From contig OY821645.1 in assembly GCA_963682135.1 (NCBI GenBank), positions 1,824,001-1,888,000 of the forward strand: a stretch of DNA of 64,000 nucleotides, read 5' to 3'. This document shows positions 10,057-21,500 of the stretch, in pieces. A program made the translations under genes and the position numbers. Position 1 is the stretch's first letter. Each line of letters starts with the position of its first letter. Under the pieces are notes generated by a model that had not been told where the DNA came from, searched no databases, and saw only the letters and a program-made list of their open reading frames with translations. This DNA is from Methanothrix sp. Its GTDB lineage: Archaea; Halobacteriota; Methanosarcinia; Methanotrichales; Methanotrichaceae.

Positions 10057-11475
10057 TTACTTGTATTTTGGCCTCACTAGGTCATCAAGTAGATGCAATA
10101 GAGCATTCCGCAGGGTTCTACAAAAATTGAATAGCATGGATCCGTCTCGCTCTAAAGGACGAGGTATGCATTGGGCTGCACTTTTAGTTTCTGAGGTACT
10201 AATATTTGCCAATTCTTCTTTGGCTTGATCTATTTGGTTTGTACGATCGAGGTAGAGCGTTCGGTTTTCTCTGAGAATCGTCCTTAATTTAATGACCTTC
10301 GGGTCTAACTCTACATGTTGCGGTAGGTCAAGAGAGTATTGCCTAAATGCATTTTCTAGATAAGTCGCTAAGCTCATTGAATTGCCTTTTGTTACCGGCA
10401 AAAAAAATATTTCGGGGGACCTATAGGTTAGTCTATGATATTCACAGATTGGAGACCAGATTGGATAAATTACATTTGATTGCAGTTCGTCCCGCCAAAA
10501 TGATGTCCATTTAACATCAATACCGAGATACATCAAAATTTTTTTTGATGTTAGATTTATCAACTCTAGTGAAGGATGATTTGAAGAATAAAATAATGGC
10601 TTTTTTTTAATATTCTTCGTAATTTCGTCTAAAATTGAGATATCGCAAAAAAAATCTCTACCTCTAAATTCATGTAAACTTTTTTCCCATTCATTAAAAA
10701 AACCCGCTGATTGAAATAGCTCGAAATCTCGATAAAGATGAATCGCTTGTTCCGGAGAAATCCCCTCCAAAAAAGAAGCAATGCCTATGGCACTATGATA
10801 ATCACCTATTGGAGAATGATACCGATTTCCTGTCTCGCCTACATATATTAGGTCTGGATGGAGACCTGAAAAATAGATATTAGGGATTACAATAAGGGTT
10901 TTAATACGTTTTTTCAATTGTTTTGTCTGCAATTTTCCATAATGATCGGCCAATAAGGGCTGGGTTATTACAATATTGGCTTCTTCTGTTTTTTTTAAGA
11001 TGCATCTATGATTTTCGCTATCTTCCAGCATATCTTCGCGAAAATTCTCTACTTTACATCCACTCATGTGTGAAAGTACACACGCTAACAGATCCGTTTG
11101 GCAGTTCCCCAATATCACAATATTTTTGCCAGAGTTAACACAAACGAATGGCTTCTTTTGATTGTTGATTCTGCACTGTTGGACCAGTGAATTAGCCAAT
11201 ATGTCCAGGTTATTTATTTGTTTCACTAATTCTGCATTGGGTGCCTGTCCGAGAAGTGCGCTCCATGCATATTTTATATATTTGTCATCGATTAATGTAG
11301 TTTGTCGGATTGCCTGGCACTTTTGACTTGAAAATTCAGACGATATCAACATTTCTCCAAAAAGCATTTCAATATTATTTAAGCGATTTATTTTATCTAC
11401 AATCACATCTTCATTTTCTGGGTCTCTGCCAAGGAAAATTTTGTAACTCCAAATGACTTGATCCCGCGAAATCAT
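10057..11475 (-). CDS. WcbI-family polysaccharide biosynthesis protein (putative acetyltransferase)
   Basis: ILGNCQ, PNIYFSGLHPD, DYHS and LFYSSNHPS motifs typical of WcbI; visibly AT-rich. Confidence 0.7.
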   Translation of the reverse strand: MISRDQVIWSYKIFLGRDPENEDVIVDKINRLNNIEMLFGEMLISSEFSSQKCQAIRQTTLIDDKYIKYAWSALLGQAPNAELVKQINNLDILANSLVQQCRINNQKKPFVCVNSGKNIVILGNCQTDLLACVLSHMSGCKVENFREDMLEDSENHRCILKKTEEANIVITQPLLADHYGKLQTKQLKKRIKTLIVIPNIYFSGLHPDLIYVGETGNRYHSPIGDYHSAIGIASFLEGISPEQAIHLYRDFELFQSAGFFNEWEKSLHEFRGRDFFCDISILDEITKNIKKKPLFYSSNHPSLELINLTSKKILMYLGIDVKWTSFWRDELQSNVIYPIWSPICEYHRLTYRSPEIFFLPVTKGNSMSLATYLENAFRQYSLDLPQHVELDPKVIKLRTILRENRTLYLDRTNQIDQAKEELANISTSETKSAAQCIPRPLERDGSMLFNFCRTLRNALLHLLDDLVRPKYK

Positions 11476-12017
11476 TTATCTATTCACCTTTTTAAATGCA
11501 GTTTATGCGTGCGTGCTACTGAAATTGGAGATTCACGTTGATGCCCACAGAAGGCTTTCGGTCTCCAGGAAAAACTTATATTGGCAGCCAATACGAAAAG
11601 AGTAATTCGGGGATTTGATGGTAGCTTCTGCCTTGATAATGCCCCTATGGATAATGTCCTTGTGGGCTCCGGTAAATCACTGTTCGTTGTCCACATCTCA
11701 TCCCAATTCTTTGTGTGCTGCCAAATATCTCTTCCTCATATACCCATTACCATCTCTCACATGAAATAGTTTTGGGTGCCACCTGTCAAGATAAGGATTA
11801 TTCTATGTGCAAATCTATGTATTGACGAACAAATTAGCCCCTCAACTCATAATTATAATAATTAAAGTAACCTAGCTATGGATGAGGGTTGATTTGCAGG
11901 ATAACAGTACCAGACAAATTATGGAAGATCTGCCACGCTACCTATCGAAGCGCTATTCGAAAAAAGATGGAGAACGGGGTGGAAGATTTCACACCTGCAT
12001 CCAACTACGATCCAAAT

Positions 12018-14441
12018 CTATGGAGCGATTTGATCCGGAACATTATCATGCACTATTCCAATATTCCCACTTACTGTACCAGCATTCTTGTAAATACCTC
12101 CGCCGCTCAGTGTAGCTAGGTTGTTGTCTATTGAACCGCCGTTCAGGATCAACGCATTGTTGTTGAAAATTCCTCCACCCCATGTTGCAGTATTCTGGCT
12201 AATTGAGCCGCTATTTATGTTCGACGTGACCTCGTTGTAAACGCCGCCGCCTGAGTTGGCTGCATTGTAGGCGACAGTTGCCCCATTTAGATTGAGTGTA
12301 GCACCGACAATATTCGCTATGCCTCCTCCAACCCTTACTGCTATATTATGGTCTATTGAGCCACCATTCAAGTTTAAAGTGCTGTGGTCTTGACAGATTC
12401 CCCCGCCATCATTTGCCGCGTTGTTATTGCTTATTGTGCCCCCTAAGAGGTCCATTGCGCCCACCCAATTGTAGACACCACCACCGGAACCTGTTGCAGC
12501 GTTGTAGCTTATGGTGCCTGCAATCATAGTTGTCTTGCCTCCTTGTTCGTTTGCAAGACCTCCTCCAAATTTAGCACGGTTATTGATTATCGAACCGTAA
12601 TTCAAGTTGACTTTTCCGAAAGTGCAAATGCCACCACCATCTTCACCTGCTGTGTTATGGTCTATCAAAGCACCGTTCATATGCAATACACCATAGTTGT
12701 CATAAATGCCACCACCAGAACCTGTCGCAGCATTGTAAGAGATCTGGAAGCCCTCGTTTAGGGTTACTGTGCCGTATTCATTTAAGATTCCGCCACCTAG
12801 GAACGCATTATTATGATCAATGGAGCCGCTGTTCAGATTCAATGTGCCGAGGTTGAAGATTCCACCACCATTTGCTTTTGCGGTGTTGCCGTTTATAGAG
12901 ACGCTATTTAGGTGCAGTATACCACGATCATTGTAGATGCCACCGCCGCCATAGTCAACATCGTTACCCGATATTGTGACACCGTTCAACGTCAGTGTGC
13001 CGGAATTCCAAATGCCTCCACCCCATTGGTCATGGCCGTTTTGCAGTGTCAGGTCAGAGAGTATCACTTCAATACTAGGTCCGAGGGCAAGCACTCGATG
13101 AACCTTATTGCCATCCACCACAGGCTTACCTTTGCCGGTGTCTACGCCCTGAAGGATTATGCTCTTGGCAATGCTCAAGCCTTCAAAATAAGTTCCGCTT
13201 AGCACCTTCACCCTATTGCCGGCGCTCGCTCCATTCACGGCGGATTGAATATCTTTGTAATCGCAAGCAATTGGTCCAACAAGGCTTGTCGGGGGCTGAT
13301 CAATTCCGATTGTGCAGATCCACAGGCTGTTATCTCCCCCGGCCACTGCCACGCGAACTCTGCCGTTTTTATCCCTCTGAGCATTGGGGTCCGATTTTAA
13401 AAATCCGCCTAAATTGTACCAATTGCCATTGGCATTATCCCATAGCCCCCTATCATTTCCTTGGACAAAGGTGTGCATGACTCCGTCGGGATCTATTGCA
13501 GGAGCCGGATTGCCGTTATTCATCAAGTCATATCCCTGCGCTATGTAACCTCCAAGTCCCTGCCATGATGCGGTATTTGTAGTAATATCCAGATCATTGC
13601 GCCACAAGGAACCATCACCGCCTCGCACAAGAGTATAGACATACTTAGTGTCGAACGGATTTATAATTGGTTTCGCATCCGATGTTATAAAACCGCCACG
13701 ATTCTGCCAGATACCATCAACATTATCCCATAGAGTGCCGTCGCTTCCTCTTGCCAGGACATGGAGCTTTCCGTCTGCATCGAAAATCAATTGTGGGTTT
13801 GATGTAATTATTCCACCCAGCGAAGACCATGCACCTGTGGTTATATCCTTAATCCACAAGGAGTCATCTCCACCTTTGACTGCGACCTTCACCTTATTGT
13901 CCGGGGATAAGGCCGCACTGGGATTAGAAGTGATTATGCCACCAAGGTTCGTCCACCCACCATCCAAGACCCTATCCAAAAGAGCACCATCGCTTCCCCT
14001 GACGAGAACATGAATTTTTCCCTGACCATCTTTGACGGCAAAAGGGTCCGAAGCTATAGATCCACCTAACGATTGCCATGTTCCATCAATATTATCCCAT
14101 AGTCCATTGTCGCCTCCTTTCACAAGGGTATGACCTCTACCCTGATTGTCCTTGATCTGAAACGCATTTGAGGCGATATAGCCTCCTGAACCACTCCATC
14201 CCCACGATCCTGAGGTGGGGAAAAAATTCGGCGACTCACTGCAGACGTTGATACTGAGATTGGAAGGGGTTTCGAATGCAATTGCATCCGCAGTGGAATT
14301 GCCTAAGGTCACCGATGATGCACCACCGCCGTCATCTAACTCACAGCAAGCCAACGACAAAAGGAGAAATCCTAACAGAATATAAATAATTATACTATGC
14401 TTGATACGAGACGATACTTTTATCAACATTTTGGCCACCAC
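12018..14441 (-). CDS. Secreted protein: 7-repeat PLL/DUF346-like beta-propeller + right-handed parallel beta-helix (GGGIxN repeats)
   Basis: Signal peptide; seven WxxLGG-x-ITS-x-P repeats; DIQSAVNGA...GTYFEGLSIAKSIILQG cap followed by many GGG(I/V)(Y/F/W)N repeats. Confidence 0.85.
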   Translation of the reverse strand: MVAKMLIKVSSRIKHSIIIYILLGFLLLSLACCELDDGGGASSVTLGNSTADAIAFETPSNLSINVCSESPNFFPTSGSWGWSGSGGYIASNAFQIKDNQGRGHTLVKGGDNGLWDNIDGTWQSLGGSIASDPFAVKDGQGKIHVLVRGSDGALLDRVLDGGWTNLGGIITSNPSAALSPDNKVKVAVKGGDDSLWIKDITTGAWSSLGGIITSNPQLIFDADGKLHVLARGSDGTLWDNVDGIWQNRGGFITSDAKPIINPFDTKYVYTLVRGGDGSLWRNDLDITTNTASWQGLGGYIAQGYDLMNNGNPAPAIDPDGVMHTFVQGNDRGLWDNANGNWYNLGGFLKSDPNAQRDKNGRVRVAVAGGDNSLWICTIGIDQPPTSLVGPIACDYKDIQSAVNGASAGNRVKVLSGTYFEGLSIAKSIILQGVDTGKGKPVVDGNKVHRVLALGPSIEVILSDLTLQNGHDQWGGGIWNSGTLTLNGVTISGNDVDYGGGGIYNDRGILHLNSVSINGNTAKANGGGIFNLGTLNLNSGSIDHNNAFLGGGILNEYGTVTLNEGFQISYNAATGSGGGIYDNYGVLHMNGALIDHNTAGEDGGGICTFGKVNLNYGSIINNRAKFGGGLANEQGGKTTMIAGTISYNAATGSGGGVYNWVGAMDLLGGTISNNNAANDGGGICQDHSTLNLNGGSIDHNIAVRVGGGIANIVGATLNLNGATVAYNAANSGGGVYNEVTSNINSGSISQNTATWGGGIFNNNALILNGGSIDNNLATLSGGGIYKNAGTVSGNIGIVHDNVPDQIAP

Positions 14442-14708
14442 CTCGCATAGATGTTTATTAGAAATGATATATATAGTTTATGTAAAAATTTCATAATAAG
14501 AAGTTAAAGGCGGTTAAGTTATGGAAATTGGACTCAAAATAAAGTAAAAATAATACATCAGTTAGTAAAGATCTTAACCTAAAACATTCAAGTTATTTTA
14601 GAGAATTTTGCTTTGATTTTATTATTGTACAAGGCCATATTAAAGAAGCCCTAATTGAAGTAGTCTCCCTAGATTGCAATAATGTGAATTCATGCATTTT
14701 ATTTATAG

Positions 14709-16413
14709 CCCACATCCCGCAGGTATCCCTAATTTTGTGAAACATTTTTATGCTGCCATGATTTCTTAGCCCCAAAGGGATTCGAAGGGGCCAAAATGAA
14801 ACTATCAACTTTGTCGCTTGATCATCTTGGACTAGTTGCAGCAATCTTCGATGCTTTGGGCATTTCTGAATTGATTGATGGATTGATTCCGAAGACTCGC
14901 GAATGCAAGCTGAGCCATTCTGAAATAATAAAGGCCTTGATAATCAACGGTTTAGGTTTCGTTGAGCGAAGGCTGTACATATTTCCAAGCTATTTCGAGA
15001 ATCTTGCGCTGGAACGCCTTTTTCATCCAGGAGTTATTTCAACAGATTTTAATGAAGATGCTGTTGGCAGGACTCTTGATAGAATCAATCGATACGGCTC
15101 GACCATGCTTTTCAATCAGATAGCCATGAAGTGCGTGCGGAAACTATCGATTGGCACTCAGATCTATCATGTCGATACTACAAGTTTCAGCGTCCATGGG
15201 GATTACGAAGGACCGGATTGTCTGCCTGCTATGGAAATAACTCTCGGTCATCCCAAGGACGGTCGATGGGATCTAAAACAATTCGTTATCAGCATGGTAA
15301 CCAACCAATGCGGCATCCCTCTTTTTGTCCAGGCTCATTCTGGAAATAAATCAGATAAGAAAACTGTCATCCAGACAATTCAAGCGTTCAAGTCCAACCT
15401 AGACTTTTCTGAAAAAGGTTACTTTGCCGCAGATAGCGCTTTTTTCAGTTCAGAGAATATCCGCCTCCTAGGTGACGAGACCTTATGGATTACTCATGTC
15501 CCTTCAACTGTTGGCGAAGTCAAGGATTTTCTAAAACGCGATCTTGAGATGAAGACGTGCTCAGATGATCGTTACAGCGTATTTGAGACAGATATAAACT
15601 ATGGCGGAATAGATCAAAAGTGGGTTGTGGTCGATTCCAGGGAAATGCATGCCAGCAAGACAAAGACCTTTGATAAGAGGATGGAAAAAGAGTTCACTGA
15701 AACAAGAAAATCGCTCAAAAAACTGGGAAGAGTGCTCTTCGCGTGCGAAGCCGATGCTAGAAAGGCAGCTGATCGATGGCTATTGGAGAATCCTCATTTT
15801 ATCCTTCAAAATTTGAAAATTAACGCATTCAGCAAACGCAAAGGCTCTAAAAAAGGGCGTCCGAAGAAAGATGAGGAACTTGAAAAAGGCTATCATGTTG
15901 AAGCCGAAGTCATGCTAAATAAGGAAAGCATTGAGAACGAGAGAGCGAGACTGGGCAGGTTTATCCTGGCGAGCAACGATAAAGCACTTGATGGCGAATT
16001 GATGCTAAAATACTACAAAGGCCAGAACGCTGTCGAGAAAGGCTTCCGATTCTTAAAGGACAAAAGCTTTCGGGTAGCGGAAGTCTATCTCAAGAAAGAA
16101 GAACGAATTGAAGCCTTGTCTATGATCATGGCTCTTTCCCTATTGATCTATTCGATTGCCGAATGGATGATCAGACAAAAATTGAAGGAATATAGCGAAA
16201 CCGTGTTGAATCAGCTCGGAAAGCCCACTGCTCGTCCAACTCTAAAATGGATATTCCAGAAATTCAGGAATATCAACGAGGCCATCTTTGAATTCAAGGG
16301 TGCAATTCAGCGAGAGATTATTAATTTAAATGATGAGCAAATTAAAATTATAAAGTTGCTAGGACAGGAATGCGAAAAATACTATGTTTGAAGGGTTACA
16401 TGCGGGATGTGGG
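14709..16413 (+). mobile_element. Complete IS1634-family insertion sequence (1705 bp)
   Basis: Left IR CCCACATCCCGCAGGTATCCCT vs reverse-complemented right IR CCCACATCCCGCATGTAACCCT (20/22 match); 6-bp TSD TTATAG at 14703-14708 and 16414-16419. Confidence 0.93.
14796..16391 (+). CDS. IS1634-family DDE transposase
   Basis: LDHLGLVA, HVDTTSFSVHG, GHPKDGRWDLKQ, AADSAF, YKGQNAVEKGFRFLK. Confidence 0.95.
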   Translation: MKLSTLSLDHLGLVAAIFDALGISELIDGLIPKTRECKLSHSEIIKALIINGLGFVERRLYIFPSYFENLALERLFHPGVISTDFNEDAVGRTLDRINRYGSTMLFNQIAMKCVRKLSIGTQIYHVDTTSFSVHGDYEGPDCLPAMEITLGHPKDGRWDLKQFVISMVTNQCGIPLFVQAHSGNKSDKKTVIQTIQAFKSNLDFSEKGYFAADSAFFSSENIRLLGDETLWITHVPSTVGEVKDFLKRDLEMKTCSDDRYSVFETDINYGGIDQKWVVVDSREMHASKTKTFDKRMEKEFTETRKSLKKLGRVLFACEADARKAADRWLLENPHFILQNLKINAFSKRKGSKKGRPKKDEELEKGYHVEAEVMLNKESIENERARLGRFILASNDKALDGELMLKYYKGQNAVEKGFRFLKDKSFRVAEVYLKKEERIEALSMIMALSLLIYSIAEWMIRQKLKEYSETVLNQLGKPTARPTLKWIFQKFRNINEAIFEFKGAIQREIINLNDEQIKIIKLLGQECEKYYV

Positions 16414-16505
16414 TTATAGCAAAGCCGACGAAATATATAGATGAAATTGGTAGAATATAGTAGTATATCTATATCAAATAGTTGACTTTCGATCAGCTAA
16501 GGTCC

Positions 16506-16895
16506 TTAACTTCTCACAATTAAAATGCATCCAATCACCACGAGAGCAATTCCTGCCCACCGATAAATAGTGACCATTTCCCCCAGAAAGACAACAGCAA
16601 AGACTGCCGTAACCACATAGGCTAAACTCAATAAGGGATACATTGAACTGACATCCAGCGTAGAAAGCGCCCCTAGCCACAAGAATGCCGAGACCATGTA
16701 TAAAAATAGACCACCCATGACATAATAATTGCCGAAAATCTGCATTACTGTACTCAGATTCAATAGATCGGAGAAGTCATCGATCTGCTGCACCTGTCTC
16801 ATCCCTGCCTTCATGGAAACCTGCCCCAGAGCTCCGAAGACTACGCATATTAAAACCAGGCCGATAGCGAACATATTTGATCCATTTCTTTTCAT
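16506..16895 (-). CDS. EamA/SMR-family small membrane protein, ArnE/ArnF-like lipid-linked sugar flippase candidate
   Basis: 4 TM; GQVSMK...LDVSSMYPLLSLAYV...FLGE; overlaps the stop of the methyltransferase gene. Confidence 0.75.
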   Translation of the reverse strand: MKRNGSNMFAIGLVLICVVFGALGQVSMKAGMRQVQQIDDFSDLLNLSTVMQIFGNYYVMGGLFLYMVSAFLWLGALSTLDVSSMYPLLSLAYVVTAVFAVVFLGEMVTIYRWAGIALVVIGCILIVRS

Positions 16896-17647
16896 GATTG
16901 ACCGTCTCTAGGCTTTCTGCACACGCACATGACGCTTACACCAAACGGCAGATCAAACCATCCTAAGATGCTATTCTCTGCCCACAACAATCCCCTCAAT
17001 ATTCTATTTATCGGGGCAGGCAATTCTGCTAAATCCGTTTGCTTATTTCTCTGGGAACTGGTGGCTCTTTTCAGCATACGCATAGCTGCCACGGGCCAAA
17101 ATAGGAAAAAGTTCCAGTAGGTGGCTCTTTCAACAATAAAACCTCCTAAACCGAGAATATCACAAAGCTCCGATCGCGTATACCTTCTTTTATGATGCAC
17201 TGCCAGATCATGATTGCTCCAGAGAAACTGAAAGGCAGGAACAGTCACAATCAGGCTTCCCCCAGGCCTTAATACGCGATTTAGCTCACGAATGGCGGGG
17301 AGATCTTCTTGAATATGTTCTATAACATCTAGAGCCACTACCAGGTCAAAGAACTCGTTTTTTAAGGGCAACCTATCCACAGAACCGCAAATGAGCAAAG
17401 ATAACCCTCGAATGCGGCTGAATTCTAAAGCCTCTTTTGAGATATCCAAACCATATGCATCGCCATAATCCAGAAGATATCTCAGATTAATACCAGTTCC
17501 ACAGCCTGCATCTAAAATATTCATGGATTTGTCGGGATATTTCTTATGAATCTGGGCAACAGCCTTTAGAATCAACCTTCTGCGCCCTGAATACCACCAG
17601 TTGGTCTCCTCCAATTGATACATTTTGTCGTATTCAGAGGAGTCCAT
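16892..17647 (-). CDS. Class I SAM-dependent methyltransferase
   Basis: EETNWWYSGRR, ILDAGCGTG, LDVIEH, TVPAFQFLWSNHD...HKRRY. Confidence 0.9.
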   Translation of the reverse strand: MDSSEYDKMYQLEETNWWYSGRRRLILKAVAQIHKKYPDKSMNILDAGCGTGINLRYLLDYGDAYGLDISKEALEFSRIRGLSLLICGSVDRLPLKNEFFDLVVALDVIEHIQEDLPAIRELNRVLRPGGSLIVTVPAFQFLWSNHDLAVHHKRRYTRSELCDILGLGGFIVERATYWNFFLFWPVAAMRMLKRATSSQRNKQTDLAELPAPINRILRGLLWAENSILGWFDLPFGVSVMCVCRKPRDGQS

Positions 17648-17666
17648 TTATTTTGCCTCCATTGAG

Positions 17667-18398
17667 TCAGCGGCCATTTCCCCGAAGGTCCCACCAGAGC
17701 CGCAAAATCTGCTGCCCCATATCATTAGCATCCTTAACAATATTGACCTTAGTGGACGCCGACTCCTTCCACTCAACGGGTATTTCTTTAATTCTATATC
17801 CTCGCCTTTGCCCCCTCACGAGGAGCTCTGTATCCCAAAACCAATGATTATCTTTAATATCATCCAATAAGCAGGTGATTTTATCCCGTTTAAATGCTTT
17901 GAAGCCGCATTGATGGTCTAAGACCTTGGAACCGAGAAGGTGCCGGACCATTCTATTATAAACCGTGCTTGCCAACAGGCGCTTTGTATTCCTTTTTGCC
18001 TTGCTCGCCGCCATCATCCTTGATCCAATTGCAATGTCGTATCCTTCCTTCGCCACGGCATTTATAATATCCGGCAAATAGGTCATATCTGTTGCTAGAT
18101 CTGCATCAATATAACAAACAACATCGCCTAAACAGGACTTGATAGCCAAATTTAGAGCTTTGCCGCGTCCCAGTCTCTGGCGAGAGCTTAAAAGATGTAT
18201 ATCGGAATTTTCGCGGGCCATATCAAGGGCAAGATCTCGGGTCCTATCATTGCTTCCATCTTCCGCGACAATTATCTCACCCGGAATGTTTGAATTGGCG
18301 AGAGTACTTTGTGTTATGAGAACCGCACGTTTTATTCTGGATTCCTCATTGTATGCAGGAATAACAACAGAGACAATATATTTCGGTGCCGTTCCAAC
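17667..18398 (-). CDS. GT2 dolichol/polyprenol-phosphate glycosyltransferase (DPM1/AglD-like); start codon unresolved
   Basis: The frame stays open upstream of the track ATG (18221) to 18398 and encodes VSVVIPAYNEE...IVAEDGSNDRT; then GRGKAL, YIDADL, DHQCGFKAF, WFWDTELL. Confidence 0.85.
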   Translation of the reverse strand, partial: VGTAPKYIVSVVIPAYNEESRIKRAVLITQSTLANSNIPGEIIVAEDGSNDRTRDLALDMARENSDIHLLSSRQRLGRGKALNLAIKSCLGDVVCYIDADLATDMTYLPDIINAVAKEGYDIAIGSRMMAASKAKRNTKRLLASTVYNRMVRHLLGSKVLDHQCGFKAFKRDKITCLLDDIKDNHWFWDTELLVRGQRRGYRIKEIPVEWKESASTKVNIVKDANDMGQQILRLWWDLRGNGR

Positions 18399-18534
18399 TC
18401 ACATCCCGCTTCATGCAGGCTTTTCCTTGCCGTATCGATATATAAAGCTTTTTCAGGGGGAGATATCGGATAATGAAAAAAATACTAGCAAGCCTGAGGA
18501 TATCTCTCCTCATGCCTGCTTTCCTAAGGTCAAC

Positions 18535-21500
18535 TCAGCCTTCTGTCGAATTTGCAGCCACCTCCACCAGCGTCACCGCCTCGACTGGGCCTTCAGTGTT
18601 TCTAGAAAATTCCCCGGCAGAGGACGAGGGTGCAGACGTAGCATACACCTTGCGCCATATTGCCGAGTCACCCCCCTGCACATAGGCATAGGTCAGGCCA
18701 TCCAGCAATGCCTGCGGCGACCCGATAATGCTTCCACCATGGCCGATCCAGAGAGCACCGGACGGATTCCAGGGATTGCCGGAAAAGACGTTCTCCCACA
18801 TTGCGCCATCATTGCCCCGAGCAAAGGCATGAACCCTGCCGGAGGTATCTGTAGAGGCAAAGGGATCGGAAGTGATGCCTCCGCCAAAGCTTATCTGGGT
18901 ACAGGTCTCAGAATTGCTCAGGCTGTTGACATTTGCCATCCAGAGTGCATTGTCCGTTCCGCGGTAGACCGCTAACAGGTTACCACTGGTGCCTGGATTT
19001 AAAGCGGCGAAAGGCGCTCCTTGAATGGAGCCGCCAAGGCCATACCAGTTGCGGACATATACTCCGGAGGTGAGAATGCCTCGGTTATCCCATAGAGCAT
19101 TGTCGCCACCAACTGCAAAGACATGCATACGGCTGTTTGAATCGAAGATCACAAATGGCCTGCTGTTTAGAGATCCGCCCAGGCCATACCAATTATATGA
19201 CGACAGATCATTGACATTAAATTCGCAGAGCCAGAGTGAATTATCGCCGCCTCTGGCGACTATCTCCATGACGTTTCCATAGGTTGGCTCCATGGCAGCG
19301 GTCGCCTGAGTGCTGAGAATTCCGCCGAGTCCCTTCCAGCCGCCTGTCCAGCTTGCCGTATCAAAGACATAATCCCAGAGCCCATTGTCTCCACCGCGAG
19401 CAACAATGTGTATCCGGCCGTTTTTGTCCCTGGCAGCATAAGGCGCTGAGGTCAGAACTCCACCAAGGCCAACCCAGGATCCGTCCACATTGTCCCAGAG
19501 AGCATTGTCCCCACCTATGACGAATAGGTGCCTTCTGCCCTGATTGTCGATTATGGCAGTGTGCTCATATTTCTTGTATCCGCCGAGGGAGGTCCAGGTC
19601 TGTGGCACAGAGGGGTTCTTTATGGAGACAGATGGATCGCCGTAAACGTTGAACACATAGTAGTTCATCAGACATGCACTGCTAGGGGGAGACATGCTCG
19701 ACTTCATCAGGTGCAGAGCATCTGCGGCAGGCTGCTGCGATACCAGTCTCTTCACATATTCATAAACCATTCCAGCATTGGTAGCGGTCATGGCGAAGCT
19801 GGTCTGGCCGGTATAGTACCACGATACCCTGGTTGCGGAGACGGTAGCAATACCGCCTTTCTTGAGGATGGCATATTGCAAGTTCCCTGAATCTTCTGGA
19901 TAGCCGTTCAAACAGGAGCACTGATAGGTGAAAGAAGGATGAGTATCGTCAAGGCTGGGTGCATAGCTGCTGAGCATGAATGAACCGTCAACACAAGAGC
20001 CATAACCCACATTGGCACTTTGGGAACTGCCATGCCCCCACCAACTGACTATACCAAAGTCGCTGCCTGCCCAACGATTGGGAACAACGCTGCCCCCTCT
20101 CAGGTCCTCCTCACTGGCAAATATCGAATCCAATGTGCATGACCCGGAAGCGCCTTGCTGGTACATTCTCCAGGTAGAGTAGCTATTGGAGGACAGATAG
20201 TTGTTCTTCATCTGTTCGCCCAGGTAAGCTCCGTCCGTGCTGGCATCAGAAAAACTCATAGGCAGAAGAGCGCTCTTCCTCCAGGCAGTGCTGCCGGACG
20301 TCTCGTAATCAATCGTCTTTTGCAGGATGCTATCTAATGCGGCATAATTTGCGCTGTAGACAGGAATTCTTCCCACATAGACCTCCGAAGAAAAGTCCAC
20401 GCCACCAGACGTTGTGAAGTCAGACCATTCGCCATAAAGGCCATCTCCATTGATGTCCCAGTTGCCGGTCAGATCGGCATAAAATGCATCTGTGGGTGCA
20501 TTCTCATAACCATCACCGGCGCCGTAGCGCGGCCAGCACATTTTCATGGGAATATCGCCTTCCCCTGACTCATAGGGAGCTGGATTTCCTATCAATAGTA
20601 CGTATTTGATGCCAAGGGATACATAGTTATTCTTCAGCCATTGCCTGATCTTCTCTGCTTTTTGGTTTGGAGATGGCCCGACCAGCCCACCAAAATCAGT
20701 CTCCGTCACTACACTGACCGTATACCCGAGAGATTGCTTGTGAGCAATAAACGCATTCAGCTTGCTGCTTGCAGATCTGATAGCATTTGTTGTAATAATG
20801 ACGTAGCGGCCTGTTGCGCTGGTCTCTGGGCCGGCAGCGATCTGTGCACCATACGAATCCTTCAATTCCTTATAGTTGATGAACATGCCATGTGCCAGGC
20901 TATCCATCACAGTATCTTTTAAAAGATTTGATTCATCTGCACTGATTGCAGGCAGCAGGTCGTAGGAAATCTTCACAGTTACATTCTCTATAAGGATTAA
21001 AGTCTTCTGCACGGGATTGTACTTGAAGGGTATGAACTGCACCGGGACGAATATCCATTTTCTCATCTGCGAGTAGGGCAATAGCTGAACATTATTCTGC
21101 GGATATGCTGAGTCGTTCAGATAGACCGCACTTTTTATGATCTCAATTGGCTCATCTGAAGCAGCGAAATCATATGTCCCGTTGTCTGATAAGACCCTGG
21201 GCTCTGGCGCGGGCCGGATATTGTAGGTTCCATCGAGAAGCGTTGTCTCTTCAGAGATTGCCTCCAATTTGATGCTGGAAGGATCAACATTCGGCGGGAG
21301 AAGAACATCCACTTTGCCACTGGGCAGCATTGGCTCTCCCGTAATATATTTAATCGAAAAGTCATTCATATCAATGCCGTCATAACCATCAGAATCCTTT
21401 GTAATAGTGAACCTATTTGATTTGAGTTGAACCATAATTTCGTTTGCGGCCCCTCCAACTACTTTCCCAATTTTAATATCATCTGCGGGAATAGGCTGCA

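Noticed and set aside
11484-12119. Several 60-77 aa ORFs
   Set aside because: No motifs; likely intergenic or decayed sequence.
18399-18404. ATG-TGA as selenocysteine or read-through start of GT2
   Set aside because: No SECIS-like element seen and position 2 is not catalytic; frameshift or alternative start is simpler.
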